The notes below the pieces were generated by a model that worked only from the letters and a program-made list of their open reading frames with translations, searched no databases and was not told the DNA's origin. A program made the translations under genes and the position numbers. From NCBI GenBank assembly GCA_964016885.1, contig OZ024754.1:23374001-23438000 (forward strand): 64,000 nucleotides of DNA, in the 5' to 3' direction. Positions 13,679 through 27,422 of this stretch are shown piece by piece; within the stretch, counting starts at the first letter, position 1, and each line of letters opens with the position of its first letter. This stretch comes from Eledone cirrhosa (Eukaryota).

Positions 13679-15486
13679 TATATATTTTATATATACATAT
13701 ATATATTAAAAGATGATTGATATATAAATATAAACATATACACTCATATGTATGTTTATATATTTATAAATATACATATATATATAAAGATATATATACT
13801 CTTACGTGTATACATCTGAAAATGTATATATGTATGTAAACACATACCTAAACACACATGTATATACATATAGATGGACAGTTATACATATACAATAACT
13901 TATTTCTATACATACATATACGACAATTAAGGCATGGTGCTGCCAACTAACCAGACCTTCCTCATAATGGACCAGCTAGATCCCAAAATACAGGTCTGCT
14001 AGCCAACACACAGTCCCAATAAATGTAAGTTACAGCGCAGCTATCTGGACAGACCTGTCTTAAGACTACACATTATCCCACTACATCTTTTGTATACTAT
14101 ATATATATACTATATATATACTGTTTATATATATACAAACATACATATAATTGTGTATTCAAACATTAATGAAATAATTAATAATTTTAGTAAATTGTTC
14201 AAAATTCTTTATTAACCCTTTTGGTAGAAACCCAGCCAAAATTGGTTCTCGTTCTATGGAAATGGTTCCTATCTAAATTTAAGTCTTCCAACGAAATTCT
14301 ATATAACAACCATATGTTAAGTTACTATGGGTCACCAGTTGTAGCGAACCACATATTAAGTTACGTCGGGGTCACCAGTTGTAGCGAATATTTGGGTTGT
14401 AACGAATAAGTGGATAGATGGAATTGTTGGTACGGTAGTTTCAATGCAAAGAATAATACCAGGATTGTGTTGTTACAATGTTTATTATATTATAACAATA
14501 TTCAATTTGAATATTGAATGATAAAATCTATAACATGAAATATTCGTACAATAAGTAGGTGGCTCTTCGAGTCACGTAAATACAAGTATCACAGAATGCG
14601 ATTATAATATAATTTGTATTGTATCTGAAAGATACAATGTGACAGACATAAATGGTGCGTGTAAAAATGCAAACAGTGTGGACTTACTATGTGTGCGTGT
14701 GTGCGTATTAGTATACTTTCTTGTTTTAGCAGTAGTAGTAATCAATCAGACAGGCGGGAATGGCATGTGAGAAATTAGTGGACAGACGGGTTTTTTCGTG
14801 ACGAGAGCGTGTAAATGTGACCTGTCTTGTCTGTAGTCCCACTTTTTCTGCCGGGTGTAAACAACCCTTGTAATTATAAGGGTTGAAGTTAGAAGGCTAG
14901 ATATATCATCTGACCTTTGGTTAGCATCTCCAAAGGGGTTGGTCTGCCGGGCATAAACAGCTCTTGTATTTAAAACGGTTGACCTCTTTTCTGTCAGGCG
15001 GTTGACCTCTTTTCTGCCAGGTGTAAACAACATCTGACCTGTGTTTAGCATCTCCCAAGGGGTTGGTCTGCCGGGTGCAAACAACTAACCACGGCTTGTC
15101 CCAGAGGCGGGAAAGCTCAGATTCGGTTTCGAATCTTCGCTGTCGTTATAGTACCCCCTTCCAGTGAGAAAGCTAAAGATTGAACGATCTAGGTGTATGT
15201 AAAATTAAGATAGGTATGACTATGTGTGTTGTTGAAGAAAATCAGGAAAAAAAATACATTAAAGTCATTTAAAAACAGGCGAAATGAAAGAAAACATGCA
15301 AAGCAAAAGAAATTTACATGCAGGAAAATGTACTGTGATGTTACATAAAATTGAAAATGTTCATTCATTTCATAGAAATGGAAAAATGTTCTTTTGTCTG
15401 TTTTTTTTATGTGTATGATGCACAGAGTCAATTGATTTGTGTGTAGCAATAGTTCATGACCACAGAAATTGGCCGATTCGTTGAAT

Positions 15487-18348
15487 TTACAAATTAGCCG
15501 AAATGTCGACCAGGTGCATAATTTTTACTAACCCGATAAACTTGTACGTATCGCGTGGGCCATCAAACTGTTCTTCCAGATTTGGTGTGTCGGGGTTGTG
15601 CAGAATTTGTCGTGTTTGTGTCGGAGAAACGGTGGGTAGTGGTGGCAAATCCTGTTCCATGAACGCTTTTTTTAAACGGTCAATGGAGACGGTATTTCGT
15701 TTCCCGTTCAAGTAGAGGACGAAATACTTAGGGCGTTTCTGTATCACCTTATAGGGCACGGAATACGGCGGACGAAGTTGCGATGGAATACCGCCATTTC
15801 TAACGAAATCATGCGTCCATGTATCGATGTCTTTTGGTATGTGTAAAGTAATGTGCTGTTGTTTAGGGGCTGAAGGAAACAGATGCGACATCGATGACCG
15901 TAAACGGTGCACATATTTTATTGGGTCTGGAAGTTCCTGTGGCGAAACAGGAGCGATCATTTTCCAGGGTAGAGCGAGTGCCATAAACCATTTCAGCCGG
16001 AGAATGTCCGACTCCCTCCTTAACAGTGGAACGAATACCAAGAAGAATGAGTGGGGGGTATTCAAACCAGTTAGTGGAGTCTGCGTAAGCCTTGATGGCT
16101 GCTTTTAGCTGACGGTGGAAACGTTCTACCATGCTGTTAGATGCAGGGTGATACGCCGTTGTACGGATGTGTTTACACCCGAGGAGACGAGTCAGCTCGG
16201 TAAAGAGGTACGAATCGAACTGACGTCATCTATCCGTAGTGATGGTCGCGGGTGTGCCGAAACGCGAAACCCAGTGAAACACTAGCGTTTTGGCGACAGT
16301 TTCCGCGGTAATATCCGTCAGGGGAAAAGCTTCTGGCCAGCGAGAAAATCTGTCGACACAGGTGAGAAGATGAGTGTAGTTGGGAGAAGGAGGCAAAGGT
16401 CCAACGATGTCTATGTACACATATTGGAACCGTGCATCAGGTGTTGTGAAAGAACCGGTGAATTTTCGCTTTCTGGCACGCAATACAGTTCCTAGCCCAT
16501 TCGCGGGTGTCCTTGTTGATGTTGGGCCACACAAAGCGGGCAACCATCAGTTTCCGCGTGGCATGGACGCCAGGATGTGCCAGAGAAGGCAGTGCCGAAA
16601 AAACGTCGCGTCGATGTTTCCGGGGCACGTATGGGCGCTCGTGGCCTGCGGAGATGTCACACCAAATATAACCCGAAGAAGAGGGCAGCGGGCATTCCTG
16701 CAATTTCAAGGATGATTTCCGGAGCTGCAGCAGTTCCTCGTCATTCTGTTGATCCGCCGCAATCTTCTGGAGTTCAATAGTGGCAGTGGTGTGGATTGCG
16801 TTAAGCTCCATGCGCGATAGGGCATCAGCTGCTGAGTTTGTGGCACCCTTAATGTACCGAATATCAGTAGTGTACTGAGAAATGATGTCCAGATGTCGGA
16901 CCTCCCTGGGTGAATGTCGGTCAGGCTTGGCATTGAACGCGTACACTAGTGGTTTGTGGTCGGTGTATATGGAGAACACCCAACCTTCTAGCATGTGTCG
17001 CAAATGCTTGACAGCAAGATATGCTGCCAATAATTCACGACTGAATGTGCTGTACTTAGTTTCAGCGGGTTTTAATCGCTTAGAGAAAAAAGATACAGGT
17101 CGCCAAATATCGCCAGAGAGTTGTTGAAGTATACCTCCAACTCCGAAATCGGATGCATCAGTCAATAAACACATTGGGGCGTCAGGTTTGGGGTAACTCA
17201 GCATTGTAGCCTCGGACAACATTTTCTTCAACTCAGCGAAAGCGGTACATTCTTTTCGCTGAGATTGATGTTTGTGTTTTTGATTGTACGCTGCCGCAGC
17301 AAATCTGTGAGCGGTTGGGCTGTCTCTGCACAGTGGGATATAAATCTTCTGCAGAAGTTTACCAGGCCAAGAAATTCTCGCAGTTTGCAGAGAGATGTTG
17401 GTTGTGGAAAATCAATGATGGATTTGACTTTCTCCTTAAGTGGGCGAATGCCATCTTCATCAATGATGTGTCCCAGAAAATGAAGGGACGCAACTCCGAA
17501 CTCACATTTGCTGGGGTTGATAACAATTCCGTATTCACGCAAACGTGCGAATAGCAGGTCCAGGTGTCTCTCATGTTCTTCATCGGAGCCGCTGGCCATC
17601 AGTAAGTCGTCGATGTATGCGTATACAAAAGGTAGACCTCTGGTGACTGTATCGATGAATCGGTGGAATGTCTGCGCTGCATTACGCAAACCGAAAGGCA
17701 TACACTGAAATTCGAACATTCCAAAGGTTGTTGTGACGGCGGTCTTAGGAATATCAGCGGGCTCTAGAGGTATCTGATTGTAAGCTCGCACAAGATCGAT
17801 CTTCGAAAATATGCGAGCTCCGTGTAGTGAACTAGAGAAGTCCTGTAGATGAGGCACTGGATAAGAGTCAGGCACGGTGCAGTTGTTCAGTGCCCGTTAG
17901 TCGCCGCTGATTCGACACTCGTTCGACGACTTCTTGGGTACACAATGTATGGGTGAGGACCAGTTGCTGCTGGACGGACGTATGATGCCGAGATCCAGCA
18001 TGTGCTGAAATTCTTGCTTGACGGACTTCAGCCGGTCTGGTGGTAGCCTTCTAGGTCGTGCAGCGACAGGTGGGCAGTGTGTTTTTATGTGGTGGGTGAC
18101 GTCATGTTCTACAGGGCAGGCGTTGAATACTGGTCGAGCTACGTCTGGGTATTTGTTGATTATGTGGTTGTGATGGGTTGTTGTTGCCGATCGTGAAATA
18201 ACTGGACTGATGTGGCTGTCCTAGCGGCTATGCTGCGCACAGCGAGACCAGTGGAGTTGTCAACGATTCGTTGGTTTTTCAGGTTCACTAGCAGTGAGAA
18301 GTACTGAAGAAAGTCAGCTCCTAAAATATGGGTCGGCAGCCTAGCCAC
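15487..18348 (-). pseudogene. pol: Gypsy pol remnant (RT, RNase H, integrase), multiple frameshifts
   Basis: [54 protein letters not shown]. Confidence 0.92.
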
Positions 18349-18357
18349 AACGAATAC

Positions 18358-19482
18358 TCACTGGAAAGTGCGGAGTAGTCCTAAATTTAGTGTCAGGGAC
18401 AGCTCTCTGTAGGTCGGAATATGTGAATGATTCACCGCATGGAGCCATGTTGGTGTTTCTTTCCTTTTTCCAGGAACGCAGGAAACCGGGATGATGCTGA
18501 CTTCAGCACCGGTGTCGACCAGGAAACGCGTGCCTGTGACGCGATCCTGAATGAAAAACAGGCGACTTTGATTATGGGGGCCAGAAAAGTCCGTCGCATT
18601 CAGTTTTCTGGCTGTGTCGTTTCCCTGATTCGACATTGAAACAAATGAGCAGGGATGGCTGCACTTGCGTGCCCGTCTTCCGAAGTTTTGGTGGTACCAA
18701 CTCATTTCTGGTGAATCACGGGATGTGCTCGGACTTCTTGAGCGTCCACCAAATCGGCGAGTTCGACTGTTAGACTGACGCGTGGCAGGGTTATCTAGTG
18801 ACAAGGCCTGAATTTGTTGCGTCAAGGCCTGTATCTGTGTTGCTTGCTGTGTCAGTAACTGGTGTCGATCGGGCATCGCTGTGGCACTGGAGGGCTGATG
18901 GAAAGGATTGGTGGGAGGCACGGCTGGCGTCACATTCGCTAAAGTTGAGTGCGGATGTGGTACCTCCAGGATCTTATCTGCCAGCTCGGTGAGTTCTTCA
19001 ATGGTGGTGAACTCCCTGGTGGACGCTAAGGCAACTTGTGTGGCAGAAGGCAAACGCTGGAGGAAGAGTTGCTTGAAAATTTCATCCGGGAGTTTATGTT
19101 CACCCAGGAGCTGCTTCATTCGCCGTAGGAGTTGCGTCGGCTTTTTATCTCCTAAATCCTCCGATATGAGGAGCTGGTGCAAGCGCTTCTGCTGCGACTC
19201 CGACGTCCTCTTAATTAACGTCGTTTTAAATGTGTCATATGACACAGAGCCGGGTGGTGCTAAAATGAGGTCTCGAACCTCATTCATAATCTCCGGAGAC
19301 ATCGAACCAATGACATGTGTGAGACGAGATGCCTCGTTAACGATCCGGCTCGATGCGAACTGTGCTTTGATGTGCGCGAACCACAGTGTTGGATCGTGCA
19401 CCCAGAATGGTGGTACCCTTAATGTAAACACCGTCCAGACTGCCATTTCTGCCGTAGATGAATCGTCGTGTGCTAGAGACAT
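18358..19482 (-). CDS. gag: Gag plus start of protease
   Basis: PPFWVHDPTLWFAHIKAQF motif, WYHQNFGRRARKCSHPC box, FLVDTGAEVS protease. Confidence 0.85.
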   Translation of the reverse strand: MSLAHDDSSTAEMAVWTVFTLRVPPFWVHDPTLWFAHIKAQFASSRIVNEASRLTHVIGSMSPEIMNEVRDLILAPPGSVSYDTFKTTLIKRTSESQQKRLHQLLISEDLGDKKPTQLLRRMKQLLGEHKLPDEIFKQLFLQRLPSATQVALASTREFTTIEELTELADKILEVPHPHSTLANVTPAVPPTNPFHQPSSATAMPDRHQLLTQQATQIQALTQQIQALSLDNPATRQSNSRTRRFGGRSRSPSTSRDSPEMSWYHQNFGRRARKCSHPCSFVSMSNQGNDTARKLNATDFSGPHNQSRLFFIQDRVTGTRFLVDTGAEVSIIPVSCVPGKRKETPTWLHAVNHSHIPTYRELSLTLNLGLLRTFQ

Positions 19483-20662
19483 CGTTTGTAGTGAATAATC
19501 AGAAGGTTGTGTGTCTGTTTCACGGGGTCACCAGTTGTAGCGAATATTTGGGTTGTAACGAATAAGTGACTAGATGGAATTGTTGGAATTGTTGGTATGA
19601 AATATTCGTACAATAAGTAGGTGGCTCTTCGAGTTATGTAAATACAAGTGTCATAGAATACGATTATAAGATAATGTGTATTGTATCTGAAAGATACAAT
19701 GTGACAGAAATGGTACGTGTAAAAATGCAAATAGTGTGAACATACTATGTGTGCGTGTGTGCCTATTACTATACTTTTTTGTTTTAGCAGTAGTACTAAT
19801 CACTCAGCCAGGCATGAAAGGCGTGGGAGAAAATAGTAGACAGACGTTTTTCGTGACGAGAGCGTGTTAATGCGACCTGTCTTGTCTGTAGTCCCCTTTT
19901 TCTGCCGGGGAGGAAACAACCTCTCTATTTATAACGGTTGAAGTTAGAAGGATAGATATATCTTTTGACCTTTGGTTAGCATCTCCCAAGGGGTTGGTAT
20001 GCCGGGCGTAAACAACTAACCACGGCTTTTCCCAGAGGCGGGAAAGGTCAGATTCGGTTTCGAATCTTCGCCGCCGTTATATATGTATGTATAATACATT
20101 TTTCTGTTATATATATATATATATATACATATATAACAAAAAATACAGCAAAGTCCTACAGAAATGCTTAAATACTGCAGAAAAGATAAAGTCCACTTCT
20201 TTGGAACATTTCTCATATCTCAATGGCGGAACAAAGTGTGTGTGTAGGTAGACTTGTGTATGTGTGTGTAGGTAGACTTGTGTATGTGTATATTGTGTGT
20301 GTGTGTGTGTGTGTGTAGGTAGACATACATATTGTGTATATATATATATATATATATATACCCACACATCCATATACACACACACACATCCATATACACA
20401 CACACACATCCACACACACACACACACATGCATTCATTTTCAAACACCCCTCCCCAATCCTGGTAATTTCTGGGCTAATAAATTCTTTTTCTATCAATCA
20501 TCACACACACGTGTATATATATAGTCACATATACACACACGCACACACAGAGATACATAGTGACATATATACACACATAGACACACATACATAGGCATAC
20601 ACACATAGACACACATACATAGACATACACACATATATATATACACAGACACACATACACAC

Positions 20663-20720
<58 letters not shown>

Positions 20721-21252
20721 GTTTACATATACATAAAGTTATAGATATATATGTTGCAACCGCTCACTTTGTGGCCTTATGAAGAATTAATATATTAAAT
20801 AATCAGAGCAATATATCATAAATCATGTCTTTAGAATTATTAGATAAAATATATACCATTTCCTCTCCCAATCAGCATAATTGACCTTATAAAAAATCAA
20901 TTAGACCAAGCTATAAGAATAAAGGCTCTTATGCAGAAATCTCCGACAAATAACCGAAAGTGGCCTCTTCGCGGTGGCCCCAATAGAGTATTTATCCAAC
21001 ATTTCGACAGCATGTAGAAACTGACTAAATATACCATCAACTATACACAATTAGGTGTAAATTCAAACTTAGAAGAAATGTGTACATACCGTAATTATAT
21101 CTCTACCATGGTTTCATCCGTATTTTTAGACATCCAATTAATAGTAAATGCCCAGAGTTCGGATTCATCAGGAGACAAACTCAAAATTAGACACTTAGTT
21201 TTCCAAAGTGATCGCGCCAAAATTAGATTAAAAAATGGCTAAGAACCGCAAT

Positions 21253-22168
21253 TTCGATACAACCCCCAGAGGTGAATTAGCTTACAAATTTAGAAGGGCC
21301 CTAAATAAACATAAACTCAATATTAAGATAGTAAAAAGACCAGGTACCTCCGTAAAAACACTTATTAGCAAGACATACCCTTTTCAAAGACCCTCATGTA
21401 TAGATAAGAAATGTATAACCTGTAAAATAAGCCCCCATATTAACTGTAAAACTAGAAATGTAGTGTATAGCATAAGATGTACTGAAGGACAATGTAGAGA
21501 CAAAAATATAGTGTACATAGGTGAGACAGCTCGTAGTGTAGGGGAACGGATAAATGAACACTGGCGAGACCTTCAAGATAATAAAGAATCATCTGTACTC
21601 TACCAACATGCTAAGATAGAACACAAGGGTAAATTAGAGAACATAGAAATAAAAATAGAATCTACACACAGAAAAGACGCAATGTTTAGACAAATTACAG
21701 AGGCAATAAACATAAAAGAATTACAACCAAAACTAAATAGAAATATGAGTGGAACAGCAACATCACAACTTACAATTAAGGACAAAATGAAAACACACAC
21801 ACACACATAGAACAAACAACCAACCAGTAACATGTAAATAAACAAATAGATAAATGAACACACACAGACACCCGGATGTAGCGCATGCGCAGACTGAGCA
21901 CACAACACACACACAGAAACAAAATGGCGTAGGACAGAACAAAGGAGAGGCACAGAAACAAAGAAAGGAATCCCCAGTCACTGAAGAGGTCATAGAGTGT
22001 GTGACGAAAGAACTATGACAATATATAAACAACTATCTGGTTGTGGAACCAACCAACCAACCAGAAATTTATAAATTTATAAATTTATTATAAATTTATT
22101 ATAATAAATTGAAGTGAAAGCAACTGGTGCGTGTGTTTCTTATTGGCAACATGACCCTCCCAAAGTAT

Positions 22169-22175
<7 letters not shown>
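21253..22175 (+). mobile_element. 5'-truncated Penelope-like element (GIY-YIG end plus pLTR/3' UTR), same family as 57440-59620
   Basis: VVYSIRC..VYIGETAR; near-identical to 58647-59570. Confidence 0.92.
21977..22019 (+). ncRNA. Minimal type-I hammerhead ribozyme (Penelope pLTR)
   Basis: GTCA CTGAAGA G GTCATA-GAGTG-TGTGAC GAAA GAAC TA TGAC. Confidence 0.75.
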
Positions 22176-23038
<863 letters not shown>

Positions 23039-23529
23039 TATTGAATGGACCTGTACATTTTGAGGTAGTCGTAGGGGTACTCTAGTGGATTTCAGTCTTT
23101 GTTGCACATATTTTAAAACCTGGTGGAGCCCATCTCCTCTCTTCAGGTCTGAACACAATTGAGATCTGAATAAAACTTCAAGTTTATATATATCTGATAG
23201 CCACTAATACTAACTACTGTACTGTACATTAGATAATGTAGTCCTAGATACACTATATCTGATAGCCACAATACTAACTTCTATACTGTACATTAGATAA
23301 TGTAGTCCTAGATACACCATGTCTGATAGTATATACGTAGTTCTCAGGGAGATTCAGCGAGACTTTTAAATACCTATAGAACCCATCTTATACTATAATG
23401 TGTATGGGTACTTCATTGATACGTGTACCGTTGACATTGTTCTCAGGGAGATTCAGTGTGACAATTCTATGTAAAAACGTTCCCCTATAATTACTGGTAC
23501 AACTTATTATTTTTGCCAGCTGGGAGAAA

Positions 23530-23653
23530 TGAATGAATGAGAAATAAAGTGTCTTGTTCAAGGCCCCAACATACAGACCGCCCAGTCTGGGATTCGAACT
23601 CACGAACCATACGTTCGTGAATTACGCGCTGTCACCACCTAAACCCGGTTCCC
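23530..23653 (-). mobile_element. tRNA-derived SINE head
   Basis: Minus strand A-box-like start, B-box GAGTTCGAATCC, then CTTGAACAAGACACTTTATTTC core. Confidence 0.65.
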
Positions 23654-23933
23654 TTCACACAAAATACACCAGAATAATTTAATCCGGATTAATTCACGAA
23701 CTAGATTTACAGTAAGTCGCTGAGAGTGATCTCCCTTGGCTGACTTTAAAATCTTTTCTTCTTCCATTAGAAATTAATTTGTTTCATGTTCGACTGAAAG
23801 ACTCTGGAGTTTTTACATGTCTGGGGTTTAATTAATGAGGAATTTTGAGGTGTTTCTAACAGTTATTAATTATTTCATTACTGAGATATCATTTGAAGGA
23901 TTTACTAAAGTTTTCGCACAGTCATGGTATTAG

Positions 23934-24123
23934 CTGTCATAAGTGAAAGTAGAAGGAGACGTCAATCTGACGTCATTCGTCAACCTTCTCAATCGTTTAT
24001 TTCCGTATCTCTTAGAAAATCATAAACATAAATAAACGCGTGGTGATACGGAAATAAACGATTGAGAAGGTTGGCGAATGACGTCAGATTGACGTCATCT
24101 TCTTCTACTTTCAATTCTGACAG
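23934..24123. mobile_element. Palindromic miniature derivative of the Merlin element
   Basis: CTGTCATAAGTGAAAGTAGAA...TTCTACTTTCAATTCTGACAG; arms match the TIR of 24539-25693 minus its outer about 19 bp. Confidence 0.75.
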
Positions 24124-24538
24124 TCCCCTAATTTCCTATCGCGGTAATCCTCGCTACATCGCGGATTTATCGTTAGAACATATCTATTTTCTTATCGCGG
24201 TACGTCTGAATAAAAAGTGTTTAAATGTTAAACTTATTAAATAAGTTTCAATGTTATTAAAGTGTATATCGTAAGGAAGGGACATCTTAAGGCTTTAACT
24301 ATGAAAAATGTTATTATTTTTCATTCCATTACTGTTTTACTGATTGTGTTTTTCTCTAATCTACTACAAACCCTTCATAGATTGCCGGGAGATGTGCGGT
24401 GTATTACCAAGTGGCTACCGTGTCTGGCAATGGTCCTCATTGGTAACTAGTGGTACGGTGGTTGGTGGTAGATTATATACGATCGTTACTGTCTCTTTTT
24501 GGTGTGTTTTAATGAGTTTATATGTACTTAATGCATAT

Positions 24539-25693
24539 GGCACTACAACGGAATGTGCTGTCAGAAGTGAAAGTAGAAAAATGTGACGTCAATCTGACGT
24601 CATTCGTCAACCTTCGTTTATTTCCGTATCACCACGCGTTTATTTCCGTGCAAAGTTAAGTTTAAACATAAATATATTTTCATAGTCATGGTTATCAAAT
24701 TAGAAAACAAATGAAGTTAAATTTTCATAGTCATGGTTATCAAATTAGAAAACAAATAAAGTTAAGTTTATAAATAAATATATGTTATTATATATCAAAT
24801 TTTTTTCACCAACCTTATACCTTTATGAAAAAATGTTTCAAAAGCATGGATAAAGATGACGAATATGTTCCAATAATTTTTGGAAAATTTCACCCTTAAA
24901 TTCATACCGCCACATGAATTCAATTAGATGGGATTGAAGCAAATTTCTGGCTGTTCCGTTTTCTCTTTTATTCCTATTATTTACATGTTTCCACAAGCAT
25001 TCTATGTGGTTGGTTGTGGCAAATGTTAAAGGATCAACAAAATTTATGGAATGGTTCACAGTCAAATGTTAGAGCCTAGCTGATCGAGCGTATTATAGGA
25101 GCACCAGAGGTCAGAAATTATTGTCGTACCAGGCAATATACGATCCTGTATAATGGCTAAAAGCGTGTCTACTGTCCGGTCTGCCACTAAAAAACATCTT
25201 ATGGTATCTCTTTCCAAAGAACCTGATGGCCAACATTGTATTTCCTTCTCACGAAGGCGCTTTCGTCAATCTCGACAATTCGGTTTGGCCCGCCAAATGT
25301 TGTGTGCCACATAATACTCTGCATATACATCACGGCAAAAATTTCGCCAATCTGCTACGGCTACATTCGCGATACGAGATTCCTGTGAAATTCCCTTGGC
25401 TTAATCTTCTTTTGCCCCAAAATACAATATGTCAATTATTTGTTCACACTTCAATTTACTATTTTCTAGAAATGTGCCTTTTCTAATAGACACCTGTTTT
25501 CTACATGGCCTTCCACATGACCAGATAATTCCATCTGACACATTTGCTATTTGTTTTCTAATTTGATAAATTCTCTCTGTATCAATTTGATAAATTCTTT
25601 TGCACCAGCAGAAATAAACGAAGGTTGACAAATGTCAGATTGACGTCACATTTTTCTACTTTCACTTCTGACAGCACATTCCATTGTAGTGCC
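24539..25693 (-). mobile_element. Merlin (IS1595/ISXO2-like DDE) DNA transposon with disrupted transposase
   Basis: About 85-bp TIRs starting GGCACTACAA; ORF pieces SIRKGTFLENSKL and TVNHSINFVDP..TNHIECLW..HLIEFMWR. Confidence 0.9.
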
Positions 25694-25699
25694 ACATAT

Positions 25700-26749
25700 T
25701 TTTATAATTAAAGCCTTAAGATGTCCCTTCCTTACGATATACACTTTAATCACATTGAAACTTATTTGATAAGTTTAAATTTTAAACACTTTTTATTCAG
25801 ACGTACCGCGATAAGAAAATAGACATGTTCTAACGAAAAATCCGCGATGTGGCGAGGATTACCGCGATAGGAAATTAGATACGATCCAAAGAAATATCCG
25901 CGATGTTGTGGGATCGCGAAAAGTGAACCGCGATATAGCGAGGAATTACTGTACACACACAACATACATCTATCTATATACACTCATAACATTTATTTCT
26001 ATTTTTGACATTAAAATGTTGACTGAGGGTGCGACAACTGTTTCTTGTTTGAGGCTGTTCCAGTGGTTGAAATATAGACGGAGGTACTTTAAATAATAAA
26101 GAGTCATGATAACAATATATATTATATCACATGTAACAGTGGAATCTGGTGATTGAAAAATAACACATCAACATTTCAGTTTGGAAGTTTTTTTTCTATA
26201 TATAAAAGTGGAGGAAGAAATATATTTTTCTAACGTTGTTATATATATTTTCATATATATACTTGTATATAATTACTGGATCGTTGCAGGGTTCACATAA
26301 TTATATTATTTACATACATTAATATAGACATTAAGTAAATATTTGTCAAATTACCTCCTTCAGATATAATCAATGTGTGTGTTGTTAGGTTTTACTAAAC
26401 AACCAAAGAAATAATCTCTTTGTTATCAAATTAGAAGTTTCAAAGATGTTATCAGCTTTATTTCACGACATTAACGTTGGTGTATCTTCTTCATCTTTAG
26501 TCACAAATTGATATCTTGTCAGAATGAAGTAGTGTGGCTGACTTTATGTCTGCAGATTTGATAGGAAATATATATATATTAGGTTGATATGTGGTCTAAA
26601 ATATATATATTGTCTATAAGTGACTGATAGCAGATGTTCTGGTTAAATAGTAGTTTTACGACTACAGATTGTAATGGAACTCTTAGTAGACACAATTGTA
26701 AAGTAAGAATAGATATGACAGTGTAAGGCTGATGTCGGGGAATTAAAAT

Positions 26750-26794
<45 letters not shown>

Positions 26795-27055
26795 GTTACA
26801 CAAGATATAATTAGATTAATTAAAGTTATAATGAAGACAGCAGGTACCCGGTGTTGTTGGGAATGTTTCAACTCTCTTACCGGTGTCATACGTTAAAAGT
26901 CCCTGATATAATTTAATACCTTCAGACAGTCCAATCATATATAATTTACTGTAAATCAGAAAGTATAACTCAATAAAATATCAATTATATATCAATAAGA
27001 GAACCTCTACGTAGTCTCTCTAACTGCTAGAATAGCAGTGATATTATCTATTACA
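25700..27055 (+). repeat. Direct duplicate of about 4180-5465 (third copy of the duplicated block)
   Basis: Colinear high similarity, e.g. GAGGCTGTTCCAGTGGTTGAAATATAGACGGAG at 4548, 26051 and partly inverted near 46900. Confidence 0.88.
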
Positions 27056-27058
27056 ACT

Positions 27059-27175
<117 letters not shown>

Positions 27176-27422
27176 TGTATATACAAATATATGTATATGT
27201 GTATATATGGGTATGTATGAGTGTGTATATGTGTATATGTGTACATAGGGTTTTGGTATATGTACGTTTGGTGAACATATGTGTATTTACCTGTAGGTAT
27301 GTGTGAGTGTGTGTTCTATACACATTTATGCGTGTATATTTATATATGTATTTATAATTATATGTATATATTTAACGATAGGTATCTGTAAGTTAATTGT
27401 ATGGATTAACACGGTTATTAGA

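Larger units (their letters stand above)
4570..14329. repeat. Left arm of large inverted segmental duplication (partner about 38100-46915)
   Basis: 4570-5590 is the reverse complement of about 45815-46915; 11970-12365 matches 45250-45640; 12365-14329 matches 38100-41114. Confidence 0.9.
14380..20081 (-). mobile_element. Ty3/Gypsy LTR retrotransposon, CsRn1/Kabuki-like; LTRs 19536-20081 (5') and 14380-15150 (3')
   Basis: Two homologous LTRs, PBS TGGTGACCCCG at 19523-19533, PPT CTGGAAGGGGGTAC at 15151-15164, gag-pol remnants between. Confidence 0.95.

Noticed and set aside
20107-20660. Several YI/CV/HT-rich ORFs (also near 22.9, 27.1, 35.4, 38.3, 45.6, 46.7 kb)
   Set aside because: Dinucleotide microsatellite artefacts
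23560-23653. tRNA gene
   Set aside because: B-box present but no cloverleaf and followed by SINE core; treated as SINE head
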